A stretch of 32,000 bases of DNA from Candidatus Harpocratesius repetitus. GTDB lineage: Archaea; Asgardarchaeota; Lokiarchaeia; Sigyniarchaeales; Promethearchaeaceae. The stretch lies in NCBI GenBank assembly GCA_021498095.1, contig JAIZWK010000001.1:2580001-2612000 (forward strand), in the 5' to 3' direction. A model generated the notes under the pieces. It ran no database searches. It saw only the letters and a program-made list of their open reading frames with translations, and was not told the DNA's origin. The position numbers and the translations under genes are program-made. Shown in pieces: positions 1 to 7,484 of this stretch; positions within the stretch are counted from its first letter, which is position 1, and each line of letters begins with the position of its first letter.

Positions 1-2
1 AG

Positions 3-614
3 AAAATAAAAGATCATAAAAATGAAATTTCAGGTCTTGCAGTTAATGAACGTTATCTCGCCACTGGTGGCTATGATAATATGATTTTTCTCTATGAAAA
101 AGAAGGATGGAAGCAATGTGTGGAACTTGAGATTCATAATGATTGGGTTATTGATTTGAAGTTGGATGAAAATTACTTATATTCTTGTTCTGCAGATTCA
201 ACGTTAATTAAATGGGAAATTGAATCAGATAAATACTTTGAATTTAAGAATCCTCATGGATATAGCTTTAAAAGAATTGCTTTAATAAATACTAAAATTA
301 TTGTAGGGGATTATTGGGGTAATATTTATGTAATTAATCGAGAAAATGGGGAAATTATCAAACATTTGGATGATACAGATTACATTATTACAGGTTTAGC
401 AATTATTGGGAAAATTCTATTTGTTTCAGTGATGAATAGACCTTTCTTTCACATTTATGAAATTGATAAATTTACTCACTTAGCAAAGGTAGATTTAACT
501 AAAGGATGCTTGGGATGTTATGCAGATGAAGAATATGTATACTTTGGTCATGAGGAATGGGGAGGTATAGAAATCTGGGATATTAAAGAATTTATTTCCA
601 ATAATACCAAATAA
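3..614 (+). CDS. WD40-repeat protein (5' end lies outside the window)
   Basis: The frame is open from nt 3: KIKDHKNEISGLAVNERYLATGGYDNMIFLYE, then HNDWVIDLKLDENYLYSCSADSTLIKWE, HGYSFKRIALINTKIIVGDYWGNIYVIN and ending GGIEIWD. These are repeated H-x-x-x-I/V...S/G-x-D-x-x-I-x-x-W/Y WD40 units. The ORF-track ATG at 81 is internal. Confidence 0.85.
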   Translation, partial: KIKDHKNEISGLAVNERYLATGGYDNMIFLYEKEGWKQCVELEIHNDWVIDLKLDENYLYSCSADSTLIKWEIESDKYFEFKNPHGYSFKRIALINTKIIVGDYWGNIYVINRENGEIIKHLDDTDYIITGLAIIGKILFVSVMNRPFFHIYEIDKFTHLAKVDLTKGCLGCYADEEYVYFGHEEWGGIEIWDIKEFISNNTK

Positions 615-720
615 TGCTCAATAATGCTCAATAATGCTCAATAATGCCCAATAATGCCCAATAATGTCCGTAAATACCTAATAATGCCTAATAACATCCA
701 ATAACTTCTAATAACGAGTA
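601..720. repeat. 10-bp tandem repeat (ATAATGCYCA), about 12 copies
   Basis: ATAATGCTCA x3 (611-640) and ATAATGCCCA x2 (641-660), with degenerate copies either side. The array overlaps the WD40 stop codon (612-614). Confidence 0.9.
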
Positions 721-827
721 AATTTTGAGAAATAGAATGGGTTTTAAGTGATACATTTTCACTTTGAAAAAAGCGGAAGTAAAAAATGAGAGGAATAACT
801 TATCCACTATCTTAAAATATGAATATA

Positions 828-1307
828 TCAAATTTTTTGAATTGTTTCAATCCAAATATCTTTAGGAATTATTCTATAATGAGGTTGATATAGTTCTTTA
901 TAGATTTTAGAATAGTGAACTGCAGGAAAGTTGTTTTTTTTTATATTATCAAGAAAATTAATGGTAGTATGTTTAGAGATGCAAAATGGAGTATTATATA
1001 TAGTTTCAATCATAAAAGATACCAGATCTTCAAAATTTTTTTTAGAATTTCGTTTAAATCCTTCAAATTTCTGAGTTAGCACTTTGGAACCTTGATAAAA
1101 TGCAGATGCAATTTGAGAGGATGTAATATGTTCTGCTTTACATCGAGCTAAATTAACTCGAATTATAGGATTGAATATACCAATCTCGTAATAAAGAGGA
1201 GTATGGTTATCAGGTTTTAAATCAGACATTTCATTTTCTATCATTTGTAGACAAGATAATTTGTCCGAAATCATATGTTCAGAACCAAAAACTGCTTGAT
1301 ATAACAA
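828..1307 (-). CDS. Conserved hypothetical protein (QD-x-YKLLYQ-x-x-FG-x-x-H ... H-S/Y-x-x-Y-x-x-x-Y-x-P-x-YR type); true start probably upstream
   Basis: Contains LYQAVFGSEH and HYSKIYKELYQPHYRII. The frame stays open upstream to 1391 (…RFPQSEIQDYYK) with no ATG/GTG/TTG. Confidence 0.7.
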   Translation of the reverse strand: MLYQAVFGSEHMISDKLSCLQMIENEMSDLKPDNHTPLYYEIGIFNPIIRVNLARCKAEHITSSQIASAFYQGSKVLTQKFEGFKRNSKKNFEDLVSFMIETIYNTPFCISKHTTINFLDNIKKNNFPAVHYSKIYKELYQPHYRIIPKDIWIETIQKI

Positions 1308-1618
1308 TTTATAATAGTCTTGGATCTCGGATTGGGGAAATCGAGTAAATTCATTTGAAAAATGGAAGGAAATCCGAAATTCTTGTATCGATTATCTACA
1401 AAATCCAAATCATTCTTAATTTTAAATTTATCGAAACATCATTTAAGATAAAAAAATCTTTTTTAGTCAATTATTCAAAGAAAAATGGTGGAAATATGAA
1501 ATTTTTGACCAGATTTAAGAGTTTAAAAAAATATATTCAAATAATGATTGGATGAACAAGAATATTGTCGAAAATATTTACCTAAAAGAAAAAAAAAGGT
1601 TAAAATAAAAAATTTAAC

Positions 1619-3436
1619 TTATTTTCGGCGTTTTATTAAATACACTAAAGCAATTAAGGAAACTAAAGATGCACAACTAATCATTTCAATAGGAGCTCCT
1701 GGAATATTTGAGAAGATTCCTCCCTTCAAATTACGATTTTCTCCTATTTCTCCATCTTGTATTTGCTCGGCTGTTGGTGGTTTATAACCTTCTCGAACTA
1801 GCGTTTGAGATATTGAATAACTAACAGTTTCACCATCAATATCATATTTTGTGTTTGTTGTATTAACAAATGCCATAGTAACATCAATATATTGAGCATA
1901 TGAAGCTAAAACCATATCACTATTATATTCAACTGCAAATGAAATTGCAACTGCTGAGTTGTTATAATCAATCCCTTGATTCGCTAATCCAGTTGCCAGT
2001 TCTTCTTCTAAATCCCCTTCAGTGTAGTTTAATAAAGTTGCGAGGGTTTCAAAGTCAACTCCACTTAACGACCAAACATATCCAATTGATTGCTTATCTA
2101 CATGGAATGATGAGATTCCTCCAATTTCAAATAAATCTTGAATAGAGTGATCAAAAACAGCTTCATCTTCTCCTTCTTGTTCTGCGTATTGTACAGAAAA
2201 ATTATAGACATCTAATCCCCAATTATACCAATCTAAAAAGCTAAAGTCTGTAGGGTAACATAGTTCAATGTTTGAAGATAGGCTTGAAATCGGAGAATAT
2301 ACCGTTCCAGATGGGATAAAAGGATTTGTTGGGTAATAAGGAGTCAAATAAAGACCCATTTCTAATGGAAAATAGTGGTTATTCGGATAAGCTGGAAATT
2401 CTGTTCCATCATCTAGCGGATCTACAGAGATTCCAATTGAATCAGTGGTGTTATCATAATAAGTATGACTAGATAAAGGTAAATTCTCGAATTCATCTGC
2501 TTCAATATTATTTAGTTCCGAAATTGCAGTATCTAACCCAGTTTTGATATAATTATAAAAATTAGAATCAAAATAAGGTTTAAATTTTGAATCAAAATCT
2601 TCAAGTTTTCCTGCCATATATTTAGATGGTAAAGTCCAATTGTTATCATTTCCAAACAATATTGATCCTTCTATCATATCTGTAGAAATATTATTTGTTT
2701 TCAAATCCAAATTATAGATATCACTTATATTCATCTTTATATCAATATCCATCGATATATAATCTAATAAATCTCCCATAAAGTTTGAGAAATTGAAACT
2801 ATTAGAGAAAACATCTTGATTTGCATTTTTTTCAATTTGATCAACAAAATAGCCCCCAACTTCGTTATAGTAATTAGAACTGGCTTGTAAGTCAATATTA
2901 TTAGATGCAGTATAAATTAATTCATCACCTAATTCAAGCCCATAATCGAATTTTGTCTCTCCTTTGGGATCTACAATATTTATTTTAAGGTTATAAGAAG
3001 CTTCATTAGTATTTACAAAACTAAAGCGACAATAGATATAAACCATTAATGTTTTTTCTTCAGCATAAAATGCAACATTTTCATAATTTTTGTGATTTTC
3101 CTTATTAGCATAATACATAAAAGATTTTTGAACAAGAACAGCTTCATTTTCATCTGTAAGAAATAAATCATAAATATTTGCATCATCTGAATCTATAACT
3201 TCCATTTCTACTGAAATTGCTTTTCCTTTTGTAAGTTCAATTTTAAACCAATCATGTCTATCTGAAAGAGAAAATGCAAGACCTGTATGAACTCCTGTTG
3301 TGATGAGAGCAGCGTTTGCCAAATCATCATTTGGTTCATAATCACTATCATCTAGTGCTCGTGAATAAATAGGTGAAAAATAACTTGCTATTAATAGCAC
3401 TAAAAATAATATTGATATTTTAATTGATTTTTTCAT
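1619..3436 (-). CDS. Secreted surface protein with N-terminal PPC-like domain and Loki-CTERM-like C-terminal anchor
   Basis: Signal peptide MKKSIKISILFLVLLIASYFSPIYSRA; DYEPNDDLANA…DRHDWFKIEL motif typical of PPC-like domains; C-terminus IPGAPIEMISCASLVSLIALVYLIKRRK (IPG + TM + basic tail); GGTGGA RBS upstream. Confidence 0.85.
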   Translation of the reverse strand: MKKSIKISILFLVLLIASYFSPIYSRALDDSDYEPNDDLANAALITTGVHTGLAFSLSDRHDWFKIELTKGKAISVEMEVIDSDDANIYDLFLTDENEAVLVQKSFMYYANKENHKNYENVAFYAEEKTLMVYIYCRFSFVNTNEASYNLKINIVDPKGETKFDYGLELGDELIYTASNNIDLQASSNYYNEVGGYFVDQIEKNANQDVFSNSFNFSNFMGDLLDYISMDIDIKMNISDIYNLDLKTNNISTDMIEGSILFGNDNNWTLPSKYMAGKLEDFDSKFKPYFDSNFYNYIKTGLDTAISELNNIEADEFENLPLSSHTYYDNTTDSIGISVDPLDDGTEFPAYPNNHYFPLEMGLYLTPYYPTNPFIPSGTVYSPISSLSSNIELCYPTDFSFLDWYNWGLDVYNFSVQYAEQEGEDEAVFDHSIQDLFEIGGISSFHVDKQSIGYVWSLSGVDFETLATLLNYTEGDLEEELATGLANQGIDYNNSAVAISFAVEYNSDMVLASYAQYIDVTMAFVNTTNTKYDIDGETVSYSISQTLVREGYKPPTAEQIQDGEIGENRNLKGGIFSNIPGAPIEMISCASLVSLIALVYLIKRRK

Positions 3437-3451
3437 GAATAAAAATCCACC

Positions 3452-3468
3452 TTGACATAAAATGTCAA
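3452..3468. promoter_or_regulatory. Perfect inverted repeat TTGACAT-AAA-ATGTCAA, candidate operator
   Basis: 7-bp arms with a 3-nt spacer, about 16 nt upstream of the ATG at 3436 and directly beside its RBS. Confidence 0.4.
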
Positions 3469-3564
3469 AGGAATAAATAATGAATTTGACTTTTAAATTT
3501 ATGTTGATTTTATGATTTGGATTTTCATAATAATAAAATTACTCCAAAACAATTAAAATACAAA

Positions 3565-3602
3565 GAAAAAACCGAAAAAAAACCGAAAAAAAACCAAAAA
3601 AA
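3565..3602. repeat. Short 11-bp tandem repeat GAAAAAAAACC, about 3 copies
   Basis: GAAAAAACC-GAAAAAAAACC-GAAAAAAAACC followed by an A run. Confidence 0.6.
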
Positions 3603-3939
3603 TACAAATTGGAATAAAAAGTAAATAATAATAAATTCATCTGCCAAATGAGATAAGTATAATAATTATCGAAAATCTATCTTTAATCTAACTGATTTCT
3701 CTCATCATAAATCATACATCCATAATCTAAGAGAATGATGAAGTAAGAGCGTTTAAAATCTTAATTTGAAAATTGATTTCAGGAATTATTTTAATAGAAA
3801 AAACATTTCAACGTAAGGTTCTTAGAGAATTCATTTCCATTTTGGTCAAATAACCGTTTATCGTGAAATTTATAAGTTAACTGGGCATATACCAAATTTA
3901 TTTACCGAAATTATTCAAAATATGGCTATTTTTAATTAC

Positions 3940-4457
3940 GAAGGATCAATTCACTAACACCTCGGTTTGAATTTTTTTCCCCCATTTTTCGTTTAATTGA
4001 AATAATCGTTTAATTTCTGAATTATTCCACTCATTAAAGAGCATTTTTGGGCTAAATCGGTGTGAAACAATGGTAATTTATAAGATTTTGGGTTCATTTG
4101 TGATTGTAATATATGCCTGAAGTCGCTGTTCTAAACCCTCAGGTGTTTTAGGACCAGTTTAATGCACGCGAGTCTTAATCCTACTATTAATATTCTCCGC
4201 CAGATAATTTAATAAAACTTTTGTCACAAATAGTCTTGTATTTCCTTTATAGCAATTGTAACTGCGGAAAACATATTTTTGCCAGTTTGAGAGTTTTATA
4301 AAAATATCAATTTATGCATATCCCTGCGTTTCTTTGTCATAAGCTTTAAAATAGTGTATGTTTTGCTCTAAAACTTCAATGAAATTGTCAATGAGATTTT
4401 TTTGAATGATAATATTGAAATAATTTAAAAAATAAGGCTTCTCTTAATTGATCCTTC
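3940..4457 (-). mobile_element. Internally deleted, decayed IS remnant (MITE-like, 518 bp) with terminal inverted repeats
   Basis: Exact 12-bp inverted repeat GAAGGATCAATT (3940-3951) / AATTGATCCTTC (4446-4457), extendable imperfectly to 23 bp. The interior is a transposase-like frame whose stop falls inside the terminal repeat. No target-site duplication is evident. Confidence 0.7.
3946..4443 (-). pseudogene. C-terminal fragment of a DDE-type transposase with three in-frame TAA stops
   Basis: One frame of 166 codons: EKPYFLNYF…GYA*IDIF…NYLAENINSRIKTRVH*TGPKTPEGLEQRLQAYITITNEPKIL*…KWGKKIQTEVLVN*. AENINSRIK fits the E-x6-K catalytic helix of DDE transposases. Stops at 4312-4314, 4159-4161 and 4078-4080. 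Confidence 0.65.
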
Positions 4458-4720
4458 ATTCTTAAAAAGGGTCCAAAATATTTTAATTTGAATTTTTGTT
4501 CAACAAATTTCAAAATGGAATGGAATATTGAAATATGGAAAAAACATGCAAATTTTTAATTTTTTACCAATCTCTCTAATATTGATAAGGGAAAATATAA
4601 TTTTAAAAAATATCAAAATCAAAATTTCTTTTCTATCTATTTACATTCAAATTAGCATTAAAATGCCCCTACTATTAGTATGTTTTTAGAAATTTGCCAT
4701 TCTCGAATATTTATTCGCTT

Positions 4721-7483
4721 CTACTTTTTCTTGATAATGATTGTTGTTCCAGCTCCGAGTACTGCAAGAAATCCTACCCCCGCGTATATTGCAGGAGGTA
4801 TATTTCCAAAAAATGTATTTTCAGTAGTGGCAATTTCACCAGAATCATCGGTATTTGAATTATTTCCTGAGGGAAATTGAGGGATATCAGTAAGATTAAA
4901 AGGAACTCCTCCTGTTGTATTCCCAAAGAATTCTCCCACTTTTCCTGGACCATTGATAAGTACTTTTCGTTCCCATTTTATTATACTATCATTTGAATCG
5001 TAGAAAATATCTAAATAGTCTTGTAAAATTCCTTTTTCATTATAAATTAAATCTAAAGTTCTACATTTATTAGATGTTTCAAGATCCCTAAAAGTAATAG
5101 AGATTTTATTATTATCGTAGTAGAAATCATTTGAAATATTAAATGGTCCTTCCCATTTTTGGTAAACGCTAACCAAACTAAAGTAAGCATCTGACCAATC
5201 TCTAAACATATATGTAGGGCGCACTTCTGGAGAATATTGACATGGATAAAGGCCGTTTCCATAGATACCCAATATATCTGCTGGAATACTCAAATTTTGT
5301 CCTAAGTTTAATAGTGGTAATGCAGGAATCCATTCATTTCCTTCAAAATTCCATATATATCGCGCACCAAACAATAAATAATAGCCTGAAGGCATTAGAT
5401 GAATATCATATATCTGTGTTAACTCAAATGTCCCATTTTGAAGTGTAGAATTGGAATAATACCAGACTAAACTATCTCCAATACTAATTCCCCATTCTGT
5501 AGTATTAATACTGTCGTAGGAATTATTTAGATCATTGTAGGCATATAATGTTACTTCAAAAATTGATTCAAGATTCTTATCAATTTTATTATTGGTCGCT
5601 TCAGGTTCAGAATTAGTAAATGTAGTGAAATACCAATAATTCATCAATCCGAATTGGGATTTTTCGAAAAAGTCATGGTATTTTCCATCTGTCGTTTGGA
5701 ATTGCGAAAATATGGTATTTTCTTCAATTTCCATAAATAAATAACTCGAGATATTCATAAAGAAAGAAGAATTTATTAAATCAATTTCGAACTCCTTAAA
5801 ATTGCGATTGTTTGGATGGAGGAAAGGATAAGGTAATTGATAAATATCAAATACGTCTTTTAAATTCCCTAAATGTTCAAGGTTTAAGGGATTTAGGAAT
5901 ATAGGCTTATTTTCGTTAAGTGGATCGTAAGCTACACTACCGAGCATTTTGTGTTCTGCAACTAAAGATAAATTGTTCAGATTTAGACCTTCATACACAT
6001 TTCCTATAAATAAGAAAGTTCTATTAACACAAATTACATTTTGAATCGCTAATTCTCGGAATTGGATGTCAACTCTATTTTCTTTTGGATTGAAAGTTCT
6101 TTCTAGGTAATACAATCTATCATGGGGATAAATTCCAACTTCAGATAGATGTGAATCACTACGATACAAGGAAAAATCGGTTAAGATTGTATAATCATAA
6201 GCGTTTTCTGTGGTTACCACAAAACTGCGAATGAAACAATCAGCAATATTGGTGAATTCATAATATCGATAAAAATCGAATCCAGAATAATTATACGTAA
6301 TATTTAGAGTATAATCAGAAATGATGAATGAATTGTAATTTGAACCAGTTTTCAATTCATAGATATGATTATTTACATATAAAGTCGTTAGATTCAGATA
6401 ATATGGCAGAAAGAAGTTAATATCAACAGAGAATGTGCTGTTTTCTGCCCATGATCCAATTACAGACCATTGTTGATATATTATCTCATAATTCTGAATT
6501 CTTTTTTCATCTGCTAAAATGAAATGATTTGTTTGGTTGTTTGCGAAATAATATCCATAATATTTTATTTTATATGAAGAATAATCCCCATCAATTCCCA
6601 AACAATAAGTATAGTTTAATTCTTGATTATGTTCAACATTAAATATCGAGGGGGTGCTTAAAAAGGGGATATCTAAGGTAGAATCGACTAATACCCATGA
6701 TTCAGCAGTCATCGTATCATTATAATAGAATTCAACCAGAATTCCAGTTTCCAAATCAAATTCCATATAGAGATTAATTATCAATCCGTAGCTGGGTCCT
6801 GTAGCATTTAAAGAATTTTCAGTAATCTTGTATTCAACAGGCGCGCCAGGTTCAAAAAGTGTTGAATTTGATAAATAAGCGGTTATTTCTGAGTTTTTTG
6901 CTTTTAAAGAGTGATTAGGCGCGATGAAAAATGGACCGGTAATAAAACTCCAAGTTTTCCAGTATTCATCAGTGACATTAATATTTATAATTTCGGAGGA
7001 ATTTTGGTTAGGATTGGTAAAAGAACTGATACTATCATTGAATAAATAGTTCCAATAATTAGAAATTGTATCGATTTCGGTATCTAGAAAGGTAATATTT
7101 TCATAATTTGAACCAAGCGAACCGATGGTATAATATAGTAGAGAATCATTTACGCGGATTGAATTATCACTTTCATATAATGAATTATCCTTTGGTGAGA
7201 TTGGTTTAGTTGAATTCTTAGAAGATTCAATAAAACTATTTGTTGGTTTTGAAAAAACAGAAGAATCAGAAGAATCAGAAGTTAAGTAAAAAGTATAATT
7301 AGAAAAAGTCGAATTGACGCTTGAATGATCTAAAAGAGAAACAGAAAATGCAGAAATGATGACCATTGACGTAATAAATAACCAAAAAATCATTTTACCG
7401 TTAAAATTTCCATATTTTATTCCTTTCTTAGAGTATCTTGCAATTTTTTTTCTTTTATTCTTGAAATTCAAATTCATATTCAT
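4721..7483 (-). CDS. Large membrane-anchored surface glycoprotein
   Basis: N-terminal hydrophobic segment (MIFWLFITSMVIISAFSVSLL); about 30 N-x-S/T sequons counted by eye; Ser/Asn-rich stalk, then C-terminal TM plus basic tail (IPPAIYAGVGFLAVLGAGTTIIIKKK); GGAGTGA RBS lies inside the end of the upstream gene. Confidence 0.85.
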   Translation of the reverse strand: MNMNLNFKNKRKKIARYSKKGIKYGNFNGKMIFWLFITSMVIISAFSVSLLDHSSVNSTFSNYTFYLTSDSSDSSVFSKPTNSFIESSKNSTKPISPKDNSLYESDNSIRVNDSLLYYTIGSLGSNYENITFLDTEIDTISNYWNYLFNDSISSFTNPNQNSSEIININVTDEYWKTWSFITGPFFIAPNHSLKAKNSEITAYLSNSTLFEPGAPVEYKITENSLNATGPSYGLIINLYMEFDLETGILVEFYYNDTMTAESWVLVDSTLDIPFLSTPSIFNVEHNQELNYTYCLGIDGDYSSYKIKYYGYYFANNQTNHFILADEKRIQNYEIIYQQWSVIGSWAENSTFSVDINFFLPYYLNLTTLYVNNHIYELKTGSNYNSFIISDYTLNITYNYSGFDFYRYYEFTNIADCFIRSFVVTTENAYDYTILTDFSLYRSDSHLSEVGIYPHDRLYYLERTFNPKENRVDIQFRELAIQNVICVNRTFLFIGNVYEGLNLNNLSLVAEHKMLGSVAYDPLNENKPIFLNPLNLEHLGNLKDVFDIYQLPYPFLHPNNRNFKEFEIDLINSSFFMNISSYLFMEIEENTIFSQFQTTDGKYHDFFEKSQFGLMNYWYFTTFTNSEPEATNNKIDKNLESIFEVTLYAYNDLNNSYDSINTTEWGISIGDSLVWYYSNSTLQNGTFELTQIYDIHLMPSGYYLLFGARYIWNFEGNEWIPALPLLNLGQNLSIPADILGIYGNGLYPCQYSPEVRPTYMFRDWSDAYFSLVSVYQKWEGPFNISNDFYYDNNKISITFRDLETSNKCRTLDLIYNEKGILQDYLDIFYDSNDSIIKWERKVLINGPGKVGEFFGNTTGGVPFNLTDIPQFPSGNNSNTDDSGEIATTENTFFGNIPPAIYAGVGFLAVLGAGTTIIIKKK

Positions 7484-7484
7484 T

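Noticed and set aside
601-720. CRISPR array (also considered for 14564-14645 and 26083-26181)
   Set aside because: Units are 9-13 bp and directly adjacent with no unique spacers, and there are no cas genes in the window.
1355-2145. Plus-strand ORFs 1355-1555, 1548-1787 and 1900-2145
   Set aside because: Short, motif-free, and mostly antisense to well-supported minus-strand genes.
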